Assembly: GCA_944392565.1 (NCBI GenBank)
Contig: CALXWX010000001.1
Location: forward strand, 1,444-65,443
DNA: 64,000 bases
Origin: an uncultured Alphaproteobacteria bacterium
GTDB taxonomy: Bacteria > Pseudomonadota > Alphaproteobacteria > Rs-D84
Direction of reading: 5' to 3'
Part shown: one piece after another, positions 19,001-27,932 of the stretch
Numbering within the stretch: the stretch's first letter is position 1
Layout: each line of letters starts with the position of its first letter
Position numbers and translations under genes: made by a program
Notes under the pieces: model-generated
Databases searched by the model: none
What the model was told of the DNA's origin: nothing
What the model saw: the letters and a program-made list of their open reading frames with translations, nothing else

Positions 19001-19765
19001 ATGACCAACCAATTTCATCGCGCACTGAACAGAATGGCATTTTTTACCGCATTGCTGGTGGCGGGACTGATTTTGTTTTACGAACCGTTTTTGCGTGTGG
19101 CATCGGCAAACATTGTTTTAAATGGAATTATTATCGGCACAACATTATTTGGAATTGGATTGTGCTTTGTCGAAATGTTCAAATTGCTGCCTGAATATAA
19201 ATGGGCGCGGGCATATTTTGCCGGGCGCAAGAATGCCGCCCTGCCCCCGCGGCTGTTGCGACCGGTGGCATTAATGCTGCGTGCGCGTCCATTGCGCATA
19301 CCGGCATCGACATTAAATGGCATGCTGGATATGATTCAAATTCGTTTTGACGATTCGCGCGAATCGGTGCGATATATAACAAACACATTAATATTCTTGG
19401 GATTGTTGGGTACTTTTTGGGGATTAATTATAACCGTTGGCGGATTCGCTGATTTAATTGGCAACTTAAACTTTGCCGATGAAAATGTTTTAACCGCAAT
19501 GCAAAGTGGCTTAACCCGCCCATTATCCGGCATGGCAACCGCATTTACCAGTTCACTGATGGGACTGGCGGGCAGTTTGGCGGTCGGATTTCTGGGACTG
19601 CAAGTGCAATTGGCACAAAATGGTATATTCCGCGATGTCGAAGATTATCTGGCGGCACATACCAGCGTGGCACCAATTGATGACGCATCTGTTGTATGCA
19701 ACGCAACCAAAGAATTAAATAAAAGTGTCCAAGAATTAAAACAAACATTTTCTGAATTGGCATAA
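19001..19765 (+). CDS. MotA/TolQ/ExbB-family proton-channel protein (4 TM, MotA-like topology)
   Basis: Four TM helices are arranged as TM1-TM2, a cytoplasmic loop, then TM3-TM4. Conserved LGLLGTFWGLI and GMATAFTSSLMGLAGSL segments are present. The Shine-Dalgarno sequence is aagagaga and the start is ATG 19001. Confidence 0.65.
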   Translation: MTNQFHRALNRMAFFTALLVAGLILFYEPFLRVASANIVLNGIIIGTTLFGIGLCFVEMFKLLPEYKWARAYFAGRKNAALPPRLLRPVALMLRARPLRIPASTLNGMLDMIQIRFDDSRESVRYITNTLIFLGLLGTFWGLIITVGGFADLIGNLNFADENVLTAMQSGLTRPLSGMATAFTSSLMGLAGSLAVGFLGLQVQLAQNGIFRDVEDYLAAHTSVAPIDDASVVCNATKELNKSVQELKQTFSELA

Positions 19766-19786
19766 AATATTAATGCGGGGGGACAA

Positions 19787-20899
19787 ATGATAAACTTTCG
19801 TTTTCGTGAAAAAGTAAATACATGGCCGGCATTTGTGGACTTGTTTTCCAATCTGGTTATCATATTGATATTTCTGCTGATTGTATTTGTATTTTTGTGG
19901 ACAACAACCAGTGTATTTAATAAAAACACCGGCGCCAAGACGGTTGCTGACCTGAAACAATTAAATTCCGAACAGGCAGAAAAAATCCAGCAAATGACCG
20001 CCGATGAAGCAACGGCAAAACAATTATTGATAATGGCGCGCAATGAACTGGAAAGTCTGTCTGCAAACAATGAAAAATTATCCACCGAATTGGATGCGGT
20101 AAATACCAGTTTTGATGAACTGGTTACCCAATACGAACAACGGGTTGCCGAACTGCAATCCCAGGGAACAGAATTACAGACCCAGGTTGCAGAATTAACA
20201 ACACAATTGAACCAGGCAACACTGGATAAACAGCGCACCGCCGAACTGGAACAAGAACGTCGCGCATTACAAGATCAAATGACCCAGCAACGTGCGGAAC
20301 TGGCAACGCAATTACAAAAATTACAGGCGGCACTGGATGCCGCCGAAGCGGAATCACACGAAAAAGACATAAAATATGTTGAAATGTCGAATCGATTGAA
20401 CAAGGCATTGGCGGATAAAGTCGCCGAACTGAACAATGTTGCAAAATATCAATCTGCATTTTATCGTGCAATCAAAGACGCATTGGGCGATGACAGTTTT
20501 ATCGAAACCGCCGGCGACAGATTTATTGTATCCAGCGATATTTTATTCAGCAGTGGTTCATACACCCTGTCGCCTGAGGGGAAAAATCAACTGCGCCTGA
20601 TTGCAAATGTAATCAAAGATTTGGAAAACAAGATTCCAACAAACATTGATTGGATAATTCGTGTTGATGGTCACACCGATAAAAAACAGGTTGTCCCCGG
20701 CACACGCGGATATTCAAATAATATGGAATTATCATTATTGCGTGCGAATGCCGTCGTTGATGAATTGGCGCGCAATGGCGTATCGCGGCGGCGCCTGATC
20801 CCCAGTGGATTTGGCGATTTGCATCCAGTTGCATTGGGACGCGATGCCGCCAGTTTGCAGCAAAATCGCCGCATAGAATTACAATTAACAAACAGATAA
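19787..20899 (+). CDS. MotB-like protein: N-terminal TM, ~150-aa coiled-coil linker, C-terminal OmpA/MotB peptidoglycan-binding domain
   Basis: The TM segment is WPAFVDLFSNLVIILIFLLIVFVFLW. The central region is rich in heptad-like Q/E/L repeats. The C-terminus (RVDGHTD...ELSLLRANAVVDEL...NRRIELQL) matches OmpA_C. Confidence 0.65.
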   Translation: MINFRFREKVNTWPAFVDLFSNLVIILIFLLIVFVFLWTTTSVFNKNTGAKTVADLKQLNSEQAEKIQQMTADEATAKQLLIMARNELESLSANNEKLSTELDAVNTSFDELVTQYEQRVAELQSQGTELQTQVAELTTQLNQATLDKQRTAELEQERRALQDQMTQQRAELATQLQKLQAALDAAEAESHEKDIKYVEMSNRLNKALADKVAELNNVAKYQSAFYRAIKDALGDDSFIETAGDRFIVSSDILFSSGSYTLSPEGKNQLRLIANVIKDLENKIPTNIDWIIRVDGHTDKKQVVPGTRGYSNNMELSLLRANAVVDELARNGVSRRRLIPSGFGDLHPVALGRDAASLQQNRRIELQLTNR

Positions 20900-21005
20900 C
20901 AGGATTTTAATTGACATATTTACAAAAAATATGACAAAATATTACATAGAAAAAATGCCGAAAATAAACCACCGTTTAGGTTCGGCACAACAAGGGGGAT
21001 AAAAC

Positions 21006-21797
21006 ATGCAGATTTCTGGGATAATTTCTAAAATAAAAATGCCGATATTAAACGGTGGTTTATTTACAGCAATACTTACCGTAATTATATTATTCAGCCA
21101 TTCTGCAAATGCAACATCCGCTGTTATTCCCAGCTTAAATTGTTCTGAATGCAGCGATGATGTATTGGAACATTCAATGCCAAAAAATTTCACCGCCGCC
21201 GATGGCAAAACATATTCGAATTGCAATGCATTATGCCGGGCGTATCAAACCTTTAGGGAAGACAACACGACCGGCGAACCAAATGAATACGGCGTATATG
21301 TATACAATGTGTATACATACGGTGAAATATGTGGAACATGGAACCCCGGAACACAAATGGGTGCGCTTGGTCAATGTTTTTTAGTATCAAATGAACGCTA
21401 TAAATGCGGTCTGGGATATTATGGTAACGCCACCAGTGCAACATCTGGGTGTACAAAATGCCCGGCAAATGCAACATGTACGCGTGGAACAGGTTTTGAT
21501 TGTAATTCAGGATGGTATGAAAATACCGCCGGTAATGGGTGTTCGCAATGTCCGCCACCAGATACGGGTACAGGTGATAAAAAAAATTGGACTGTTGGCA
21601 GCAGTTATCAAGTCGGTCAATCAGGCGGTATAATAGTGAATGGTCCAACAGGCGCAACCGATATTGGTCAATGCTATTTGGCAAATACCAGTGTTGTAAC
21701 CGACAATACCGGCACATATGAAATAGAGGGGGCAACCGGTGGTGGCGGCGGTCTTTGGGGGCCTGGTAAATACTGTGATTATTACGGTCGGTATTAA
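21006..21797 (+). CDS. Secreted cysteine-rich protein (signal peptide; about 24 Cys; Gly-rich C-terminus)
   Basis: The Shine-Dalgarno sequence is aagggggat. A hydrophobic signal is followed by many CxxC-type spacings. No family was recognised. Confidence 0.55.
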   Translation: MQISGIISKIKMPILNGGLFTAILTVIILFSHSANATSAVIPSLNCSECSDDVLEHSMPKNFTAADGKTYSNCNALCRAYQTFREDNTTGEPNEYGVYVYNVYTYGEICGTWNPGTQMGALGQCFLVSNERYKCGLGYYGNATSATSGCTKCPANATCTRGTGFDCNSGWYENTAGNGCSQCPPPDTGTGDKKNWTVGSSYQVGQSGGIIVNGPTGATDIGQCYLANTSVVTDNTGTYEIEGATGGGGGLWGPGKYCDYYGRY

Positions 21798-21805
21798 TTT
21801 GTTTA

Positions 21806-21838
21806 ATAAAAAATCCCGCAAATGCGGGATTTTTTAAT
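21806..21838. terminator. Terminator atcccgcaaatgcgggat with a T-run
   Basis: The hairpin was read directly. Confidence 0.5.
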
Positions 21839-21867
21839 GTAAAATTCGGTATTATAAATCATACCCG

Positions 21868-22190
21868 ACATTTAAAGCACCACACCAAGTTCCCCTCCGT
21901 TGGAGGGGTGCCGCGCAGCGGCGGGGTGGTCAGAGAGTTCAAGAACGCGTTCCCATTCTGTCCCCCGGTACACTGCCACTCTCTCTTGTCATTGCGAGCC
22001 ATCGCAGATGGCGTGGCAATCTCTTTTTTGTTGTTGTGTCGCTCGGGCGCTTATGCGCCCTGTGCGTATCCTCGTATTTGTTCAAATTGCGCTGCCGCTT
22101 GTTTTCACATACTCGGATTCATTGCGAGCCATCGCAGATGGCGTGGCAATCCAGTAAATATGCCCGCACGCGACACATCAAATTACACAT
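21868..22190. repeat. Copy of the palindromic intergenic element carrying module 2 and two tandem copies of module 3 (cattgcgagccatcgcagatggcgtggcaatc)
   Basis: Shared segments with 14951-15106 were aligned by eye. The ORF track 'MEGCRAAAGWSE...' translations are artefacts of this repeat. Confidence 0.7.
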
Positions 22191-22195
22191 TGCGC

Positions 22196-22228
22196 ATTAA
22201 AAAACGCCCCGTTGGGGCGTTTTTTAAT
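22196..22228. terminator. Bidirectional terminator aacgccccgttggggcgtt
   Basis: A hairpin with A and T flanks. Confidence 0.5.
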
Positions 22229-22605
22229 TACAATTTTTCAACATAGTCAACATCGACTTCGGTTTTAAATAAACCAGAATCAACTTCGCCATACAATTTT
22301 ACTGTATCAGACGGGCTGACCGTTTGCCCACGCCAATCTTTGCGATCAATTTCAATCGTAATTGAACCTGTTGAATCTTGGAACAAATACTTTTCATCAC
22401 CCATGCGCTGAACAATATTACCCTGGATAATAACCGGTGTATCATCGCGCATTTCTTTTACCTGGCTGACCGTTACAATATTTTCTGTTCCACCGACAAA
22501 CCCACCCATTGGCGATGGTGCCTGTGGTGTATTTGGTTGAAAATCCGCATATGCCGCACCACCAACCATTGCGCATACAACCGCCATAATTGACATTTTT
22601 TTCAT
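22228..22605 (-). CDS. BOF (YgiW/YdeI, DUF388) family periplasmic OB-fold protein
   Basis: A signal peptide is followed by TVSQVK...VIIQGNIVQRMGDEKYLFQDSTGSITIEID...VKLYGEVD, matching the BOF family pattern. Confidence 0.75.
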   Translation of the reverse strand: MKKMSIMAVVCAMVGGAAYADFQPNTPQAPSPMGGFVGGTENIVTVSQVKEMRDDTPVIIQGNIVQRMGDEKYLFQDSTGSITIEIDRKDWRGQTVSPSDTVKLYGEVDSGLFKTEVDVDYVEKL

Positions 22606-22685
22606 GTATTACCCCCTTTTGTTCATTTACCCTGTTATATAATATCACATTTATCAATAAAAAAGTCTAGGAAAATTATTCCATA

Positions 22686-22718
22686 TAAAAACGGGAAAAA
22701 TCCCGTTTTTATATTTAC
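22686..22718. terminator. Hairpin aaacgggaaaaatcccgttttt
   Basis: Read directly. Confidence 0.4.
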
Positions 22719-25219
22719 ATAACAATATCTTCACATACTGGTTCTGACGCATTTGTTGTACATTCTGTATTTCGACTGTTATGGAACCAGCTGCTGCTGC
22801 CCGTGGTTTTACAATCTTGCGTAATTGTTGTTGTGCAAATATGACATGTTCTGGTATCGCGACTGAATATCGCTGTGACCTGGCGCGTCATACCACCACC
22901 ACTCAAACTGCTGCCCCCCAGATACCCTTTGTTCGTAAATGTAACACCATCTGTCTGTAAAACACCGGCGCCCCCCTTGGCTAAATCTTCGGTTGTCAAA
23001 CCTGAACCAACATCATAACTGATTGCATACGGCGGGGTTAATGGGGTTGACGCATTTATATCACCGCCACCGGCACCACCATTTTCCGCAATCTTTTGAC
23101 ACATATATTGCGCCAAATCTGTTGATGCATTTTTAGTTGCCTCTGCAATTTCTGTATTTAATTTTGCATTATAATTATCCTGTGCCTGACGTAATGCGGC
23201 AACTGCGATTTGCATTTTTACCTGGTTCAACAGATTCGGGAAGCGCCCTGTGGTTGATGCCCCCACATCACCAGTAATTTGATCCAAACTGCGTCCATTA
23301 ACACAATATTGTATTTCTGGATCTTGTTCAATCATTTCAATCGTGCGATTAATCGTCCCGGCGATATTATTCAATTCTTCTTCGATTGCCGATATAATAC
23401 CATCTGCATTTTCAACATTTTTATTGGTTTCACGAATCTTTGCCAAATATTCTTCAACAGCAATTTCTCCGGGTTCTAATGTTATTTCATCACCATCGCT
23501 GTCAATTGTTGTTTCGCCATCCGCGTTACCCATCTTGATGCTGCCAAATGAAATCATGCCCGTCACACGATATACCGTTCCATCTTTCTGTGAACGCAAT
23601 GACCCGGTACCAATTGTATCATCAGATGCGAAACGATTACAATCAGTGGTGCTGCCACAAACTTCTGCCATTCTTGTATCAACCAAATTCTGGCATTGTT
23701 CCATCATTGCATTATCAATATTCAGATACAGCCCCATCAACATATCATCCAAATCATCCATTGAAAAGTTTGGATTATCTTGCTTGCAAACAACCAAGCT
23801 GTCAATTGGACATATGTTATGGATATATTCATAATCCATACCGATACAATTCTGGAAATTTTCACCACAACGCGTATCCGCGGTAAAGCAATCTTTTACT
23901 TCCTGGGTACATGCATCAACACGCATTGCCGCCAATTTATCTTTTACATAATCCCAAATTTGCGGTTCCATTCTTTCACACGGATCAATTTCAACCTTGC
24001 AAAAACTGCGTGCCATATCTGGTCGTGCCAAACATGCATCCATTGTTGCAACGCCTTTTCCGGCAATATCATCACGACATGCGGTCTGAATACAGTCCGA
24101 AATATCCCCCAAACAAGATTGGCGGAATTTAGATTCCACAATACTTTCCGCAACTTTTATCGTTGGTGCCGATTCGCGCAAGAAATTTGGCCAAACCTGG
24201 TCCCGCACTGCGACACATTGATCCAACACATTTTCACAAATTGGTCGCTTCGCACTAAGTATTTCCATTGTTGACGCGGTTATATCATATGTATCAACCG
24301 TATCAACCGTTGTACCCGCCGTACTGGTCGCTTCATTATTTTGCATATTTTCAGACGCGATTGTTGCAACACAATTTTCCCAATCTTCACCACATGCATC
24401 TTCGGTTTGCATACATTTTTTAAATTCGACCATGCATTGACCCAAATCATATTTATTTGCACTTTCAAAGCTTTCTTGTAATGCAACACGAACCTCAGAC
24501 TGGGCGGCGGCTAAATCAGCTTCTGCCTCTGCCCGCTGTTGGGTCAAAGAATTTTTATATCCCAAACAATCTGATGTAATCTGGCGCGAATATAATTGCC
24601 GCAAAAATTCTATATCATCTGCGCATGAATCTGGAACCTGGGCATAACATAAATTATCTGCCGCACGATATAATTCTGCACCCGTCATATCCGCCATACT
24701 GGCAACCGAGCCATCAAACACATCTTCATCATCTTCATATATACTGTTTGTATTAAACAGTGCCAATAAATCAGCACGCCGTTGTTCTTTTTGTTCTTCT
24801 GCTGTTAATTCACCTTCTGCCAGTATATTTCCATCTGCATCATACCTGCGTTCACCCGTAAATATAATATCTGCATCCGCGCCCGCCTTGACCCGTTCAA
24901 CTTCTTCGGTACGCAGTCGATTTGCTTCATCCAAAATATCTTGAATTTCTGCTAATTCGTTATCATATTCTGTAATATCATCGCTGCATGTACATGCACC
25001 ACCACTGGCATTATCAGTTATACAAAACTGATCCATACAACCAAAATATGCATCATAACATGCCTGGTCGTACAATCCGGTTGCCTCTACCTTTGTACGA
25101 ACGGTCGTCCCCAATTGTATTGCCGATTGCTTGGTTGTTCTGGTCAAACCATAAGAATCCAACGCGACCAATAACGCCGACAAACCAATTACAGATGCAA
25201 AAACATATTTTAGTTTCAT
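22715..25219 (-). CDS. Large secreted cysteine-rich protein, paralog A of a tandem family
   Basis: The signal peptide is MKLKYVFASVIGLSALLVA. The conserved module is CYDAYFGCMDQFC...GGACTCS, with repeated CENVLDQC and CGENFxNC motifs shared with paralogs B and C. The Shine-Dalgarno sequence is aagagg. Confidence 0.7.
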   Translation of the reverse strand: MKLKYVFASVIGLSALLVALDSYGLTRTTKQSAIQLGTTVRTKVEATGLYDQACYDAYFGCMDQFCITDNASGGACTCSDDITEYDNELAEIQDILDEANRLRTEEVERVKAGADADIIFTGERRYDADGNILAEGELTAEEQKEQRRADLLALFNTNSIYEDDEDVFDGSVASMADMTGAELYRAADNLCYAQVPDSCADDIEFLRQLYSRQITSDCLGYKNSLTQQRAEAEADLAAAQSEVRVALQESFESANKYDLGQCMVEFKKCMQTEDACGEDWENCVATIASENMQNNEATSTAGTTVDTVDTYDITASTMEILSAKRPICENVLDQCVAVRDQVWPNFLRESAPTIKVAESIVESKFRQSCLGDISDCIQTACRDDIAGKGVATMDACLARPDMARSFCKVEIDPCERMEPQIWDYVKDKLAAMRVDACTQEVKDCFTADTRCGENFQNCIGMDYEYIHNICPIDSLVVCKQDNPNFSMDDLDDMLMGLYLNIDNAMMEQCQNLVDTRMAEVCGSTTDCNRFASDDTIGTGSLRSQKDGTVYRVTGMISFGSIKMGNADGETTIDSDGDEITLEPGEIAVEEYLAKIRETNKNVENADGIISAIEEELNNIAGTINRTIEMIEQDPEIQYCVNGRSLDQITGDVGASTTGRFPNLLNQVKMQIAVAALRQAQDNYNAKLNTEIAEATKNASTDLAQYMCQKIAENGGAGGGDINASTPLTPPYAISYDVGSGLTTEDLAKGGAGVLQTDGVTFTNKGYLGGSSLSGGGMTRQVTAIFSRDTRTCHICTTTITQDCKTTGSSSWFHNSRNTECTTNASEPVCEDIVM

Positions 25220-25282
25220 TTATAATGCCTCTTTTGCATAACGCATAAAAAGAATAATGCAATTCTGGGCAAATGCCCAAAA

Positions 25283-27433
25283 TTACATATTAATATCTTC
25301 ACAAGATTCAATTTCCTGGCAGAATTCTTGTTCACCACCCGCGGACCGACCGGCAAAGAACCCACCCAAACCACCAACAACCGCACCAATTGCAGTACCC
25401 CAACCTGGTGTCACCATGGTACCAGCCGCCGCCCCCGCAGACAGCCCACCTGCTAATCCCTGAACACCGGCGGCACCCTTGGACTGACCACCAACCTCGC
25501 AAACCTGTTGCATACGGCAAACATGGCAATTACGCAATGATGGTTCCCACGATACACTGCGGATATAGCTGTAATTTTTGCTGGATTCATCTGGAGTTTC
25601 AACCTGGTATGTGTTATAACAGTTTTGTTCCGCTTCTTCTAAGTCTTGCTGGCGTGATAATTCTGCAATTTTTGATTCCAATTCGCGCATCGCACGATTT
25701 TCTGCACCAACTTGCGCAATCATTTTCGCACTGTTAAACACACTGTCCCCCAGGCTTTCACGATCTGCCGGTTTTTGACTGTCCTGGCATGCGGCAACTG
25801 TTTTATCCTGTTCGAATTGAACAAAGAATTCATTAACCGCATTTTCTGTATTTGCACGAACAGTTTCACGCAATGTGGCTAACTCTTCTTGCGTTTCTGG
25901 AACCTCTACCAGTGATGCCACCAATGTATCGGTTGGCAAACAAGACATATCCGTTCCACAAACCGCACCCAATTGTTCACCAAAATAATTCAAGCATCCC
26001 TGTAACATTTGATAATCCATCTGCAACAACACGGCTTGAACGATAATATCAAATTGTGTTTCATTTTTACACGACGGGAACATATCCTGGGGACACAGAC
26101 CTGCAATTTCATTGGCACTTTTCCCCAAGCATTCTGGTGCCGTAAAGTTTTCGCCACATCTGTCACGCAAACACGCATCAATATCATTTTGACAGAACTG
26201 TGTACGCAAATATCCCAACTTGTCATTAACAACCGCCTGTATTCCCGGAATCAATTTTTCACATTCCGTAATAACCGGGCAAATACCCGCCGCAACATTA
26301 ACATCTGTTAAACACGCTGAATTTGTTTCTGTGGAACAACTGTCTTCCAGACACAACTGAATTCGTGCCAAACACGTCCCACGCGCATTTTTATCGGCAT
26401 ATTTTGCCGCCTCTGTCAATATACTAACCGCCTCGTCTTCCCAATCTTCCAACACATAATCACGCACCGCCATGCATTGATCCAAAACATTTTCACACGC
26501 ATTTGCACGACGCTGTAATAAATCTGCATCCAAACAGTTTTCAAAATTTACACCACATCCGCCTTTATCAGAAATACACGAACGATACGCCAATAAACAT
26601 TCACCACGATTATATTTATTTGTTGTATCCAGCATTTGCAAGCGCGCCTGGCGCACTGCTGCCTCTGCCGTGCGTTTATTTTGTTCCGCAATTGATTTTT
26701 GATCTGCCAAATATGTTTCATATGATTTGCAATCTTGAACAATCTGGCGCATATACAGCATTTCTTCCATTTCCGCATCATCACCACACGCCGCCAGCCT
26801 GTCTGCACAAAATTCTGCCGCCATTGCATACAGTGGATCACCAATATCACTGTCAGCACCCAAACTGGCATCTTCTGAATCAGAATTTATCCAATCTGCA
26901 AAACTGATACCCGATATACGCGAACTTTTTTGCGCTGCCTCGCTTTCGCCAAATACTAATTTCGCCTGGGCGCCCAACTGTTCGCGTTCAACACCTTCTG
27001 TATATAACAAATCTGCTTCTTCTTGGATTTCTTGGATTTCTTGAATTAATGATTTCGACTGTTCAATATTTGACGAACATGCACAACGATATCCCTCTGA
27101 TTCATCCAGCAAACAAAAATCATCCATACATGCCCGATATGCATCACGACAGCTTTCACTGGATGTATTATCATCAGATGTTGAATTACCAGAATTACTT
27201 GATCCACTTGACGAATTGCTGCCTGTATTTGGATTCTTGGACAATGTCGGATTAGATGTCGACACACTGGTATTTGTCACCATTTGCGTTGTCCCGGCAA
27301 CCATACTGGGCATACGCGCACCAACCTGGTTTGCACGACTGACGCCAACGCGCACACTGGCACTGTCACGCGTTGCCGCCACTGCAACCCCCGGAATCAT
27401 CATTAAAACAGCAAGAAAGAAGTTCAGTTTCAT
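25283..27433 (-). CDS. Large secreted cysteine-rich protein, paralog B (Ser/Thr/Asn-rich N-terminal stretch then the Cys module)
   Basis: The signal peptide is MKLNFFLAVLMMIPGVAVA. It carries CRDAYRACMDDFC...YRCACSS, ACENVLDQCMAVRD and CGENFTAPEC. The start was trimmed to ATG 27433 with a Shine-Dalgarno sequence aggatggga. Confidence 0.7.
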   Translation of the reverse strand: MKLNFFLAVLMMIPGVAVAATRDSASVRVGVSRANQVGARMPSMVAGTTQMVTNTSVSTSNPTLSKNPNTGSNSSSGSSNSGNSTSDDNTSSESCRDAYRACMDDFCLLDESEGYRCACSSNIEQSKSLIQEIQEIQEEADLLYTEGVEREQLGAQAKLVFGESEAAQKSSRISGISFADWINSDSEDASLGADSDIGDPLYAMAAEFCADRLAACGDDAEMEEMLYMRQIVQDCKSYETYLADQKSIAEQNKRTAEAAVRQARLQMLDTTNKYNRGECLLAYRSCISDKGGCGVNFENCLDADLLQRRANACENVLDQCMAVRDYVLEDWEDEAVSILTEAAKYADKNARGTCLARIQLCLEDSCSTETNSACLTDVNVAAGICPVITECEKLIPGIQAVVNDKLGYLRTQFCQNDIDACLRDRCGENFTAPECLGKSANEIAGLCPQDMFPSCKNETQFDIIVQAVLLQMDYQMLQGCLNYFGEQLGAVCGTDMSCLPTDTLVASLVEVPETQEELATLRETVRANTENAVNEFFVQFEQDKTVAACQDSQKPADRESLGDSVFNSAKMIAQVGAENRAMRELESKIAELSRQQDLEEAEQNCYNTYQVETPDESSKNYSYIRSVSWEPSLRNCHVCRMQQVCEVGGQSKGAAGVQGLAGGLSAGAAAGTMVTPGWGTAIGAVVGGLGGFFAGRSAGGEQEFCQEIESCEDINM

Positions 27434-27573
27434 GTATCCCATCCTACAATATTTACATATAATTTTATCAAAACACACCCACCTGTGCAAGCATATAAAA
27501 ACATCTTGCATTCAACACCACAAAATAATATTATATTTCCAGTATGTTTTTTAGTAAATACAGAGGATAATTA

Positions 27574-27822
27574 ATGGCAAAAGATGATGTAATCGTTTTC
27601 AGTGGTACTGTCGAAGATAAATTACCAAATACGATGTTTCGCGTAAAATTAGAAAACGGTCATGAAATATTGGCAACCGTATGCGGCAAAATGCGCAAGG
27701 CACGCATATGGGTAAATGTTGGCGAACGCGTACGCGTTGAAATGACGCCATATGATCTGGACAAGGGTCGCATAACATTTGTTGAACGCAATCGCCCTGG
27801 CACAGATGCCCCAACAAAATAA
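27574..27822 (+). CDS. infA: Translation initiation factor IF-1
   Basis: [69 protein letters not shown] matches IF-1. The Shine-Dalgarno sequence is GAGGA. Confidence 0.9.
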   Translation: MAKDDVIVFSGTVEDKLPNTMFRVKLENGHEILATVCGKMRKARIWVNVGERVRVEMTPYDLDKGRITFVERNRPGTDAPTK

Positions 27823-27825
27823 ATA

Positions 27826-27858
27826 CACAATCCCGCGATGCGGGATTTTTTCTTGTTA
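27826..27858 (+). terminator. Terminator atcccgcgatgcgggat with a T-run
   Basis: Read directly. Confidence 0.5.
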
Positions 27859-27932
27859 AAAATAAATTTATATTTAAATAAATTCTTTCCATAAAAATAT
27901 ATTTTTGTTATCATTTAAATATAAATACGGGA

